Under the pieces are notes generated by a model. The model saw only the letters and a list, made by a program, of their open reading frames with translations, was not told the DNA's origin and searched no databases. A program made the translations under genes and the position numbers. Source: Gammaproteobacteria bacterium (GTDB lineage: Bacteria > Pseudomonadota > Gammaproteobacteria > Eutrophobiales > Eutrophobiaceae). From it: DNA of 64,000 bases. Positions 19,677-29,406 of the stretch are shown here, one piece after another (the first letter of the stretch is position 1; the number at the start of each line of letters is the position of its first letter). Where the stretch lies: positions 192,001 through 256,000 of the forward strand of contig CBDEUK010000002.1 in assembly GCA_965243205.1 (NCBI GenBank), in the 5' to 3' direction.

Positions 19677-19838
19677 ATTATTTGTTTAGAACAATCGTTG
19701 TAAAGAAAGAACTCAAACAATCTAACTTTGTCAGAGTTAGCCAAGGCGCGGGAAAAAATCAGACATTTGTAATGTGGTTTCTATGTTAAAATTTGATTTT
19801 TTATATGCGATAGAAACTAACTAAACAGGAATACTAAA

Positions 19839-20717
19839 ATGAAACTAATTACTGCATTTACTTTGTTATTAATGACAATTTCAAATGTTTCGTCAGCTGC
19901 TACAGGACCAGATTATGAAAATGGTATATTAAAAGTTTGTGCCGATCCCTACATGCTACCTTTCTCTAATCAAGAAGGTGAAGGATATGAAAATAAAATA
20001 GCAGAACTGATGGCTGATAAATTAGGCATGGAGTTGCAGTATGAATTTTTTCCACAGCGTATGGGGTTTATACGCAATAGTTTAAAAAAAGAAAATGACA
20101 GTGGTGGCTATAATTGTGACTTAGTGATTACTGTGCCAGAAAAATTCGAACTGGCATCAGCAACGGATGCTTATTATACAACCACATATTCTTTGGCCTA
20201 TGTGAAAGGTAGGAATTTGGACGGCTTAACCGACCCTGAAGATCTAAAAGATATGGTTGAGAAAAATAATATTGATTTAAAGTTTGGTATTTCTGATAGA
20301 GGTCCTCAACAACTTTGGCTTTTCTATCAAAATTTAATGCAATATATGAAGACTTACCAAGGCCAGCCTGGAGATATTAAAGTTCATCCAGGTCAAAAAA
20401 TGATGGAGGCATTAGCAAAGGGTGATATTGATGCAACAATCGTGTGGGGACCGACCGCAGCTTATTATGCTAGAGAATATAAAGATCAGGCTGAAATAGT
20501 TTTATTGCCTATAAAAAATCTGAAAGAGAATGCTGAAGGACGTTTTGAGTACAGTATGTCTATGGCTGTACGCTATGGTGAAAAAGAATGGAAAGAAAAA
20601 ATCCAAAAAACAATTAATGAAAACATTGATGGCATTCATGCAATCTTAAATGAGTATGGTGTACCATTGATTGAAAGAACTACTCCGAAACAAACTGATG
20701 AGGACGATGATGATTAA
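19839..20717 (+). CDS. xoxJ: XoxJ/MxaJ-family periplasmic binding protein
   Basis: LKVCADPYMLPFSN..GEGYENKIAE, RMGFIRNSL, CDLVI, VWGP.A.YYA, MSMAVRYGE. Confidence 0.88.
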   Translation: MKLITAFTLLLMTISNVSSAATGPDYENGILKVCADPYMLPFSNQEGEGYENKIAELMADKLGMELQYEFFPQRMGFIRNSLKKENDSGGYNCDLVITVPEKFELASATDAYYTTTYSLAYVKGRNLDGLTDPEDLKDMVEKNNIDLKFGISDRGPQQLWLFYQNLMQYMKTYQGQPGDIKVHPGQKMMEALAKGDIDATIVWGPTAAYYAREYKDQAEIVLLPIKNLKENAEGRFEYSMSMAVRYGEKEWKEKIQKTINENIDGIHAILNEYGVPLIERTTPKQTDEDDDD

Positions 20718-21483
20718 TAATAAATTATTGGTAGCTACGTTTTTAGTATTAACCGCTACTGTATCACTAACCAATGCAGGGCCTGTTCCTGGCAAAGAAA
20801 AGCAGGAGATGACTCAGGAAGAGATCGATAAAACAATGGGACGAATGGGTGAGGTCGATGAAATTCCAGAGGGTTTTCAATTTTCTGAGATGGAAGTTCA
20901 ATTATGGCAAACGAATCACCTAGACAATATTACATCACCTGTAAGATTATATTATGAGTTTTCTAAAACAGGATCCTATGAAGAAGGATTTGAAGATTCA
21001 GTATTCCTTGATGTCTTACAATTAAACGATGACGGTTCAAAAAATACTAACCTTGAATTCTTTACAGGTGAAAGAGCACAATCTATTCGTCCAGATAATG
21101 TTACTAATGTTACAGGAAATCCAATTTTAGGGATTTTCATGCAAGGTGATATGTACGAAATGGATCGTTTTACAGGAGGTAGCTGGCGGCACTTCATGAA
21201 ACAGATGAAGATATCTTTTCGTGAAGATGGAAAAGTTGAACCTGTTACGTTTGAATATAATGGCAAAACTGTTAATGGAAAAAAATACAGTGTGCAACCG
21301 TTTTTAAAGGATGAAAGAAAACGACAATATGAAGAGTTTGCTAATAAGGTTTATGAGTTTACATTTTCTGATGAAGTACCGGGTCAGTTATATGAAATTC
21401 ATACTTTAATTGCTGGTAAGGAAGGCGATACTGAACCATATGTCGAAGAAAAACTGACGTTAGTTGAAGTAACTAAAGAATAA
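20707..21483 (+). CDS. Exported hypothetical protein coupled to xoxJ
   Basis: Signal peptide after ATG 20707/20710 overlapping the xoxJ stop; NHLDNITSPVRLYYEFSKTGS, GNPILGIFM, FTFSDEVPGQLY. Confidence 0.75.
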   Translation: MMINNKLLVATFLVLTATVSLTNAGPVPGKEKQEMTQEEIDKTMGRMGEVDEIPEGFQFSEMEVQLWQTNHLDNITSPVRLYYEFSKTGSYEEGFEDSVFLDVLQLNDDGSKNTNLEFFTGERAQSIRPDNVTNVTGNPILGIFMQGDMYEMDRFTGGSWRHFMKQMKISFREDGKVEPVTFEYNGKTVNGKKYSVQPFLKDERKRQYEEFANKVYEFTFSDEVPGQLYEIHTLIAGKEGDTEPYVEEKLTLVEVTKE

Positions 21484-21514
21484 GAAAAGATAGTAGATTA
21501 ATTACGTAAGTTAT

Positions 21515-21541
21515 AAAAAAGCCCCTATAAGGGGCTTTTTT
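21515..21541. terminator. Bidirectional rho-independent terminator
   Basis: AAAAAAGCCCC-TATAA-GGGGCTTTTTT between convergent operons. Confidence 0.9.
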
Positions 21542-21564
21542 ATTGTTTCAGGTTTTATAAAAAA

Positions 21565-24315
21565 TTAACTAACAGAAACTTTAACTGCACAATATTTAAA
21601 CTCAGGGATTTTTCCATATGGATCCAGAGCTTCATTAGTGAGTAAATTTGCAGCCGCTTCATTATAGGCAAATGGGATAAAGATATTTTTGCGTTGTAAT
21701 CCTGCATCAGGTCTTACTTTAGCAATAATTTCTCCTCGTCTTGATGCAACTTTCACATCATCACCGAGCTTTATACCGTGTTCTTGCATATCTAATGGAT
21801 GAATCGAGATGGTTGCAGCAGATTCTATTTCATCAAGTTTACTAGCTGAACGTGTCATGGAGCCAGTATGCCAATGTTCAAGTTGGCGTCCTGTAATAAG
21901 TACAAATGGATAGTCATCATCTGGTAACTCATCGGCTTTAGTTGGTGTTGCCGGGACGAATTTAGCTTTACCATTTGCAGTTGGGAAGCCATCGATAAAA
22001 ATCACTGGTTCACCAGAGTCACCTTCGTTTTCTAGTGGATAGGTTAAAGAATCTTCTGCTTCAAGTCGCTCCCAGGTGATACCTGCCATGCTTGGAACTG
22101 CTTTACGAATTTCAGCGAAGACATCTGCTGGGCCAGAATAGTTCCAGCCTAAGCCAAGTCTATTTGCAAGCTCTTGGATAATCCATAGATCTTGTTTTGC
22201 ATCGCCTGGAGGATTAACCGCCTGACGACCTATTTGAACTCGACGGTCTGTATTAGTGAAAGTACCATCTTTTTCAGGGAAAGCAGAAGCTGGTAGTACT
22301 ACATCAGCAAAGCCTGCTGTTTCAGTTAAGAAGATATCTTGAACCACTAAATGATCTAACATCGCTAATGCATGACGGGCATGGTTTAAATCTGGATCAG
22401 ACATGGCTGGGTTTTCACCCATTATGTACATACCATTTAATTTACCATCATGAATAGCGTGCATGATTTCTACAACGGTCAGTCCTGGATTTGGATCTAA
22501 TTCAGTATTCCAAAGATCTTCAAAAGATTTACGGATATCGTCGTTAGCAACAGGTTGGTAATCAGGGTATACCATTGGTATAAGGCCAACATCTGAAGCG
22601 CCTTGTACGTTATTTTGTCCGCGAAGAGGATGTAAACCAGTACTTTCACGACCAATTTGTCCAGTCATCAGTGATAAGGCAATTAAACAACGTGTATTAT
22701 CGGTTCCATGAACATGTTGTGAAATACCCATACCCCAGAAAATAATCGCTGTTTCAGCAGTTGCGTAGGTTCTTGCAACTTCTCGTATCCTATCTGGTTC
22801 AATACCACAGATTTGACTGGCTACTTCAGGAGTAAAATCTTTTACATTTTCTTTGATCGCTTCAAAGTTTTCTGTGTATTTAGCAATGTATTCATCATTT
22901 TGCAGGCCTTCTGAAATGATGACATTCATCATCCCATTTAATAGAGCAACATCACTTGAAGGGCGTATTTGTAAGAAGTGGCTCGCATGTCTTGCTATTT
23001 GTGATTCATAAGGTTCAATCACAATTAATTTTTTACCACGCTTGGTAGCATTCTTTAACCATGTTGCAGCAACAGGGTGGTTTACAGTTGGTCTTGAACC
23101 TATGACGATAATAACGTCAGAATCTGCTCCATCCGCTACTTGATTTGAAACAGCCCCAGAACCTATACCTTCTAATAGTGCTGCAACTGATGATGCATGA
23201 CACATACGAGTACAGTGATCGACATTATTTGTATGAAAGCCAGTCCGTACTAATTTTTGAAATAGATAAGCTTCTTCATTCGAACCTTTTGCTGAACCAA
23301 ATCCTGCTAAAGCATTTGGACCTTTTTCATCGAGGACTTTTTTCAACCCTTCTGCAGCAAAGTCTAATGCTTCATCCCAACTAGCTTCCCGGAAATATTT
23401 ATCAACATCTTCGCGAGGTATAATGTCTGCAGTTTTTGCAACGCCTTCTCTACGAATTAGCGGTTTAGTCAAACGGGTAGGGTTGTGGATGTAATCAAAA
23501 CCATATCGTCCTTTAACACAGAGACGACTCATATTGGTTTCACCATTACGACCATCAACGTATTTAATTTTATCGTCTTTTACATTGAATGTTAGAAGAC
23601 AGCCAACACCACAGTATGGGCAAACCGACTCGACTTTTTTATCCGGTTCAATTAAACCAACATTGTCTGCTGGCATTAAAGCACCAGTTGGACAAGCTTG
23701 AACACATTCACCACAAGCAACACAAGTGCTATCGCCCATAGGATCTTTTAAGTCGAATACAATCTCAGAGTGATGACCTCGGTTAGCATAACCAATGACG
23801 TCATTGACTTGTTCTTCACGACAGGCACGTACACAACGAGTACATTGAATACAGGCATCTAGATTTACAGCAATGGCAGGGTGTGATAGATCCGCTTTAG
23901 GTTGTTCACGTGATTCAAAGCGGGGGTTAGATACTTCAAGCTTTTCCGCCCAATAATCTAACTCAGAGTTATTATTGTATGGTGACTTGCCTTGGTCAGG
24001 CATATCAGAAAGTAATAACTCTAGAATCATTTTTTGTGAGTGAACGGCACGTTCATTGTCGCTCGTAACTTTCATATCTTCAGAAGGCTTACGGCAACAA
24101 GAAGGAGCTAAGACTCGTTCTCCATCAATTTCTACCATACAGGCACGACAGTTACCATCAGGACGGTAGCCATCTTTGTAACATAGGTGAGGTATTTCGA
24201 TATCGTTTCGTTTTGCCGCTTGAAGAATGGTTTCATCACCATAAGCTTCGATGGTTTCACCGTTTAAGGTAAAGCGGGTTACGGGTTCATTCATATAATC
24301 TGGATTTGCAGCCAT
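21565..24315 (-). CDS. fdhF: NAD-linked formate dehydrogenase alpha subunit (Fdh1A-like, Mo/W-bis-PGD, Cys ligand)
   Basis: N-terminal 2Fe-2S and 4Fe-4S motifs, CPYCGVGC, VDHCTRMCHASS, PLRGQNNVQGASD, GKIPEFKYCAV. Confidence 0.95.
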   Translation of the reverse strand: MAANPDYMNEPVTRFTLNGETIEAYGDETILQAAKRNDIEIPHLCYKDGYRPDGNCRACMVEIDGERVLAPSCCRKPSEDMKVTSDNERAVHSQKMILELLLSDMPDQGKSPYNNNSELDYWAEKLEVSNPRFESREQPKADLSHPAIAVNLDACIQCTRCVRACREEQVNDVIGYANRGHHSEIVFDLKDPMGDSTCVACGECVQACPTGALMPADNVGLIEPDKKVESVCPYCGVGCLLTFNVKDDKIKYVDGRNGETNMSRLCVKGRYGFDYIHNPTRLTKPLIRREGVAKTADIIPREDVDKYFREASWDEALDFAAEGLKKVLDEKGPNALAGFGSAKGSNEEAYLFQKLVRTGFHTNNVDHCTRMCHASSVAALLEGIGSGAVSNQVADGADSDVIIVIGSRPTVNHPVAATWLKNATKRGKKLIVIEPYESQIARHASHFLQIRPSSDVALLNGMMNVIISEGLQNDEYIAKYTENFEAIKENVKDFTPEVASQICGIEPDRIREVARTYATAETAIIFWGMGISQHVHGTDNTRCLIALSLMTGQIGRESTGLHPLRGQNNVQGASDVGLIPMVYPDYQPVANDDIRKSFEDLWNTELDPNPGLTVVEIMHAIHDGKLNGMYIMGENPAMSDPDLNHARHALAMLDHLVVQDIFLTETAGFADVVLPASAFPEKDGTFTNTDRRVQIGRQAVNPPGDAKQDLWIIQELANRLGLGWNYSGPADVFAEIRKAVPSMAGITWERLEAEDSLTYPLENEGDSGEPVIFIDGFPTANGKAKFVPATPTKADELPDDDYPFVLITGRQLEHWHTGSMTRSASKLDEIESAATISIHPLDMQEHGIKLGDDVKVASRRGEIIAKVRPDAGLQRKNIFIPFAYNEAAANLLTNEALDPYGKIPEFKYCAVKVSVS

Positions 24316-24326
24316 AACAACTCTTC

Positions 24327-25991
24327 CTACTTAAATTCTTCTGGAAAATATTTGATAGCACAACGTAATGGGTTTGGAGCAGCTTGTCCTAAACCACAGA
24401 TTGAGGCATCGACCATTGCGGTTGCTAACTCTTCTAACAATGGTTTATCCCAATCTTGTTTTTCCATTAACTTAACCGCTTTTGATGTTCCTACGCGACA
24501 TGGCGTACATTGACCACAGGATTCATCTTCAAAGAAACGCATTGCATTTAAAGCAGCTTGTTTTGCACTGTCTTTATCGGATAAGACAATAATTGCTGCT
24601 GAACCAATAAAACAGCCATGTGGTTGTAAGGTATCAAAATCTAAAGGCACATCACCTAGTTCCGCAGGTAAAATCCCGCCCGATGCGCCGCCTGGGAAGT
24701 AACCATAGAACTCATGGCCATCTAACATACCGCCACAATATTCTTCAATTAACTCTTTCATGGTGATACCTGCTGGTGCTAGATGTACACCAGGATTTTT
24801 TACGCGACCACTGACAGAGAAACTTCGTAAGCCTTTACGATCATGTCGGCCGTGAGAAGCAAACCAATCAGCACCTTTTTCAATAATCTCTCGAACCCAA
24901 TGCATGGTTTCCATATTTTGCTCAAGGGTAGGGCGACCGAATAAACCTACTTGTGCAACATATGGCGGACGTAAACGCGGCATGCCTTTTTTACCTTCAA
25001 TGGATTCAATCATCGCAGACTCCTCACCACAAATATAAGCGCCTGCACCACGACGTAAATAAATTTCAGGAAGCTCACCAGGAGGGTTTGCTTTGAGTTT
25101 TTCTATTTCTTGTTCTAAGAGTTCTCGACAAGCTGCATACTCATCACGCAAGTAAAGATAAATTTTGTCAGCTTGAATAGCCCAATGAGCGATTAATGTA
25201 CCTTCGATGAATCGATGAGGATCGTGTTCTAAATAATAACGATCTTTAAATGTTCCTGGCTCACCTTCGTCAATATTAATGGCGATCATTTTAGGGGTCG
25301 GTTGTTCGTTAAGGATTCGCCATTTACGCCCTGTTGGGAAACCTGCTCCACCCAAACCGCGTAAGTTAGAGTTTTCCATTAAAGCAATTATATCTTCGCG
25401 TTTATGTTTTCCATTAACACAATCTTGCCAAAGTTGATAACCGCCATTCTTTTTGTAGTCTTCAAATTGGATTGCTTCGTTAAGCGATTCAGGAGAAGTG
25501 GATTTTGCTTTTGCTAATTCAACAACTTGTTCTTTACTTGCCTTTGCAACAGGGTTCATGCCGACAACAGCGACAGGAGCATCGGCGCATCGACCGACAC
25601 AAGGCACAGGTTGAATACGAACATTTTCAATGTTTTCTGATTCTAATTGTGTGATTAATTCTTTACCACCAAACATTTCACAACTAACTGAATCACAAAC
25701 ACGGACAGTTAATTCGGGTGGAGGAGTTTCATTTTCTTTGATGACATCGAAATGATGATAAAAAGTGGCGGTTTCATAAACTTCTGCCATGGAGAGCTTC
25801 ATTTCAAAAGCCAATGCTTCTAAATGACGAGATGACAGATGTTGGAATTTATCTTGAAGTTTATGTAGGTGTTCAATTAGATAATCACTTGCTCGTGACT
25901 CATCACCTAAAAGTTCACGAACTTCTCTCAGCGCATCTTGGTTAATTACGCGATCTTTTGCGCGTATTCTATTACTTCGTGTTTGTTTCAC
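24327..25991 (-). CDS. Formate dehydrogenase beta subunit (NuoE-NuoF-like fusion, Fdh1B-like)
   Basis: ATFYHHF, VCDSVSC, CVGRC; LRGLGGAGFPTG, DEGEPGTFKDR, GAGAYICGEE, ESCGQCTPCR, SICGLG. Confidence 0.93.
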   Translation of the reverse strand: MKQTRSNRIRAKDRVINQDALREVRELLGDESRASDYLIEHLHKLQDKFQHLSSRHLEALAFEMKLSMAEVYETATFYHHFDVIKENETPPPELTVRVCDSVSCEMFGGKELITQLESENIENVRIQPVPCVGRCADAPVAVVGMNPVAKASKEQVVELAKAKSTSPESLNEAIQFEDYKKNGGYQLWQDCVNGKHKREDIIALMENSNLRGLGGAGFPTGRKWRILNEQPTPKMIAINIDEGEPGTFKDRYYLEHDPHRFIEGTLIAHWAIQADKIYLYLRDEYAACRELLEQEIEKLKANPPGELPEIYLRRGAGAYICGEESAMIESIEGKKGMPRLRPPYVAQVGLFGRPTLEQNMETMHWVREIIEKGADWFASHGRHDRKGLRSFSVSGRVKNPGVHLAPAGITMKELIEEYCGGMLDGHEFYGYFPGGASGGILPAELGDVPLDFDTLQPHGCFIGSAAIIVLSDKDSAKQAALNAMRFFEDESCGQCTPCRVGTSKAVKLMEKQDWDKPLLEELATAMVDASICGLGQAAPNPLRCAIKYFPEEFK

Positions 25992-26012
25992 GTAGAGTTC
26001 CCGTTGGTCTAT

Positions 26013-26828
26013 TTATTGTAATAATAATATTTCTCCGAGACCTTTGTTGCCGAGGTCTCCAGCATAACGAATTGCCTTGGGAGAATACTGGTTCAGTTTA
26101 GATAACGGTTGCCCCATCTGCGCAAACTGTTTGAACAACAGATTAAGATAACCCAATTCAAGCTCACCACAGTCTCTGAATGTGGCAGATAAATTCGGTT
26201 GGTGCGTTAGTATAATCGTTCCGCGTTTCATTGCATAGCCGGAATATGCACCAGTTTCACCCATGACTATGACAGTGCCAGCGATCATTCGAGAACCACA
26301 GTAATTTCCAGTGTTTTTGCCAATAAAAATAGTGCCTCTGCGCATCCGATCAGCAACTCTATCACCAGCATTACCAGAAATTGTGATCATGCCGCCGCTC
26401 ATACCTTGCATTTCACCTGTTCTACCGGCACCAACGAAGTTACCAGCATTGCCTTTGATATCAATTCGGCCTTTTTTCATATTAGCGCCTAAAAAATCAC
26501 CAACAGAACCTCGAATGCTTAATTGGCCCCCTGACATGCGACTGCCAGCATAATGACCAGTAGGTCCTTGGACTTCTAGGTTGCCAAACGACATTCCTTC
26601 GCCAATATGATGTAGTTTTTTATCACTGTTAATGATTTGAATGTTCTCGGTATCAGAACCTTTGACTTTGAATAATTCACTGACACGGATTGTTTTCTTA
26701 GCCGTTTCTAAACGAATGTTTTTAATTTTATCCAGTGTCTTACCAGCGAGGGCATCGGGAGTAAGAGGAGAAACATCGATAGCCAGCTCCGGTTTTACCT
26801 TAAGTTCAAATACTAATGGGCGAGGCAT
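26013..26828 (-). CDS. fhcC: Formyltransferase/hydrolase complex subunit C
   Basis: GXGXG beta-helix repeats, DRMRRG, GSRMIAGT, GDLGNKGLGEIL. Confidence 0.95.
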   Translation of the reverse strand: MPRPLVFELKVKPELAIDVSPLTPDALAGKTLDKIKNIRLETAKKTIRVSELFKVKGSDTENIQIINSDKKLHHIGEGMSFGNLEVQGPTGHYAGSRMSGGQLSIRGSVGDFLGANMKKGRIDIKGNAGNFVGAGRTGEMQGMSGGMITISGNAGDRVADRMRRGTIFIGKNTGNYCGSRMIAGTVIVMGETGAYSGYAMKRGTIILTHQPNLSATFRDCGELELGYLNLLFKQFAQMGQPLSKLNQYSPKAIRYAGDLGNKGLGEILLLQ

Positions 26829-27721
26829 TATGCTATCTCCTGTAAATGAAAATGGAACGGGCCTAGTTTCCCACCATAGTTACCAGCGCTTATTTTATAA
26901 ATACCGCGTTTAGCACCAATAGAGCAGGCGGCATGTATACCAACCCGCATGGCTTCCGCTGTGGCTTCTTCAGTCATACCATCAATAACAATCTCTAATA
27001 CAGAGCCAATGCGTTCATCTAGGTTGCTTTTCACCTGACCTTTTAAAGTCGGGCAATAAGCTTGGTTGGTTGATGCAGGCAGGTAACTGTATTTTGAACC
27101 GACTTTTGAACCAGAGCCAACCACACCTCCAGGGAAAGAGGTCACAACATCATCAATTTTATTAATTTCTTTTAAGGCTTTTTCGCAGGCTTTAAGGCCT
27201 ATTTCTGCATTTTTAGCTAGGATTAAAAAGTTACCACCACCAACGGCATTCACCATACCAGTTGTGTGTTCACACACAAACTCACCATGCATAACAGGAA
27301 TTCGCCAATACCGAATGCCATTAATTTGTTTTGAGATTTGATAGCCATCGCCAAAGTAGCGTAGGCTTTTTCCCATAGCGAGTTTCTTTTCGCTTGGGCT
27401 ACCAGAAAAACAGGCAGAGGTAGCACAGGTCATAACGGATTGACCCACACGTTTGACGATTTGATCTTGTAATTGTTTTTTCGACATAGCAAAGATCAAA
27501 ACAGAATAACCAGGTCGGCCATCAGGCGTTTCTTTAGGGCTGAGTTTTTTCTCAATGCCGGCTTCACAACCACAGGCAATCACAGAAGAAGCAAAGCCGG
27601 TTAAATGGTTAGCGGCAGCATAAGCCCAATGATCCGACATGCCAGTAATAATTAAACGCGAAGCCTTCATAGGGAAGGCTTCGGCAAAGGTTTTTTCGAT
27701 TTCTACACCGTTTATTTTCAT
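26828..27721 (-). CDS. fhcD: Formylmethanofuran:H4MPT formyltransferase (Fhc subunit D)
   Basis: INGVEIEKTFAEAF, SVIACGCEAG, TPDGRPG, YFGDG, SGSKVGSKY, AGNYGGKLG. Confidence 0.97.
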   Translation of the reverse strand: MKINGVEIEKTFAEAFPMKASRLIITGMSDHWAYAAANHLTGFASSVIACGCEAGIEKKLSPKETPDGRPGYSVLIFAMSKKQLQDQIVKRVGQSVMTCATSACFSGSPSEKKLAMGKSLRYFGDGYQISKQINGIRYWRIPVMHGEFVCEHTTGMVNAVGGGNFLILAKNAEIGLKACEKALKEINKIDDVVTSFPGGVVGSGSKVGSKYSYLPASTNQAYCPTLKGQVKSNLDERIGSVLEIVIDGMTEEATAEAMRVGIHAACSIGAKRGIYKISAGNYGGKLGPFHFHLQEIA

Positions 27722-27729
27722 TGTAATTA

Positions 27730-29388
27730 TTACCTCACTGTAGGATGAACAGTGACGGAACCATGACAGTGTTCGACGATTTCATCATTATCAATTTTAA
27801 AGTTGTTTAAATTCATTGTGTGGTAGCGATCAAAGTATCGTTTTAAAGAGCGTTCAATACCTTTATCAAAATCCGGTTTAACAGTATGAGTTGTACCAGT
27901 AGTGACATTAACAATCTTGCCTTTTTCAGCGACAATAGTGCCATCTTTGAATACGAAATCGGGTTTCTCAAACATTCGTTCAGCATTTTTGTTTGGAGTG
28001 TAAACCGTGATATCAGCATCAGCTCCAGCACCTAAATGGCCTTTGCTGGATAAGCCAAGACTTTTCGCTGGAGCGGCTCGAGTCATAATAGCAATTTCTT
28101 CAAGACTGTATTCTCGATCAATACTGGCCAATGTGGTCATTGCTTGGGCTTCAGGATGTATTGTCGAAAGAATTCGATTTCTAAATGATCTATCCATTAA
28201 TAGACGAATCAAATGTGGATAGCTGGTAAACGGTGCACCGTTAGGATGATCGGTGGTTAAGAAAATACGCCACGGATCATTCACTAATAAGAAGATTTCT
28301 AAACCAATACACCATTGCAATGCATTTACAAAACTTTGGTCGCTATACTTGAATGGAACAACACCACAACCAGCATCACATTCAATATCCATTGCGACCC
28401 ATTTATTGGGTTTTGCATTTTTAGAGCCTAAGTATTGCTTCATAGTATCACCTGAAGCGGTTACGGTTTGACCAAATAAAATCTGTCCAACATCTAACGT
28501 AATGTTTTTATGATGATTAACTGCCTCAGCAATTTGTGCTGCGCCAGAGGAGAATTTTTTATCACCTTCAGTACCATAACTATGGAACTGAATATGGGTT
28601 AAATGCATGGGTAAACCTTCAATACCTGTAATGGTATCTAGGGTGGTATGAACATTACCTGGAACACCTAAGTTACAACCATGAACGTGTAATGGATGTG
28701 GCACACCGAGTTCATGCAAAGCGGTGGTTAAGGAATGTAAGATTTGTCTTGGCGTTACACCATAGAATTGATTTTCTTCATCTAAATCCAATTTTCGTTG
28801 ATTGAATTTGAATGCATTAATACCGCCAGGGTTAACAACTTTCATTGCCATGGCTTGGCTTGCATTCAGTGTCCATGCAACATAATCGTTGATGGCTTTT
28901 TGATCATTTTTTCCAGCAAGCATACGCAGAAAGAAATCATCACTGCCCATCATAGCGTATGCACCTTTATCTATGATTGGAGTATCGGCCATCTCCATAT
29001 GGGTTTGTCGGGCATTGCTGGGTAACATTGCAGGCTCAAAGCCAGCGGTATAACCCATCTCTGCATAACGATAACCTGTGGTTAATGTAGAAGGAGCAAT
29101 ATGACCACAGCCTGAACGAGTTAACCCGGTCTTCTTATCAGGATGTGCATCGTGATCTTCAGGTAACATCATCCGAGCTAAATTGACTTTACCACCACCA
29201 ATATGGGTATGGATATCAATAGCGCCAGCCATAACGACTTTGCCTTTTAGATTATAAACCTTATCAATATTTTCATTAGGATCAGGTTTATCGATGATAC
29301 GAGTATCTTTTATATAGATATCTTTTCGTTTGCCATTTATGCCATTAGCGGGGTCATAAACAGTTGCGTTGGATAATTTAATTAACAT
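27730..29388 (-). CDS. fhcA: Formyltransferase/hydrolase complex subunit A (amidohydrolase)
   Basis: IDIHTHIGGGK, KVVNPGG, HVHGCNLG, HLTHIQFHSY, TTDHPNGAPF. Confidence 0.96.
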   Translation of the reverse strand: MLIKLSNATVYDPANGINGKRKDIYIKDTRIIDKPDPNENIDKVYNLKGKVVMAGAIDIHTHIGGGKVNLARMMLPEDHDAHPDKKTGLTRSGCGHIAPSTLTTGYRYAEMGYTAGFEPAMLPSNARQTHMEMADTPIIDKGAYAMMGSDDFFLRMLAGKNDQKAINDYVAWTLNASQAMAMKVVNPGGINAFKFNQRKLDLDEENQFYGVTPRQILHSLTTALHELGVPHPLHVHGCNLGVPGNVHTTLDTITGIEGLPMHLTHIQFHSYGTEGDKKFSSGAAQIAEAVNHHKNITLDVGQILFGQTVTASGDTMKQYLGSKNAKPNKWVAMDIECDAGCGVVPFKYSDQSFVNALQWCIGLEIFLLVNDPWRIFLTTDHPNGAPFTSYPHLIRLLMDRSFRNRILSTIHPEAQAMTTLASIDREYSLEEIAIMTRAAPAKSLGLSSKGHLGAGADADITVYTPNKNAERMFEKPDFVFKDGTIVAEKGKIVNVTTGTTHTVKPDFDKGIERSLKRYFDRYHTMNLNNFKIDNDEIVEHCHGSVTVHPTVR

Positions 29389-29406
29389 TCAGGTTCTCGG
29401 TATTTG

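Noticed and set aside
21565-24315. Selenocysteine formate dehydrogenase
   Set aside because: The ORF is uninterrupted and the active-site ligand is Cys (CTRMCH)
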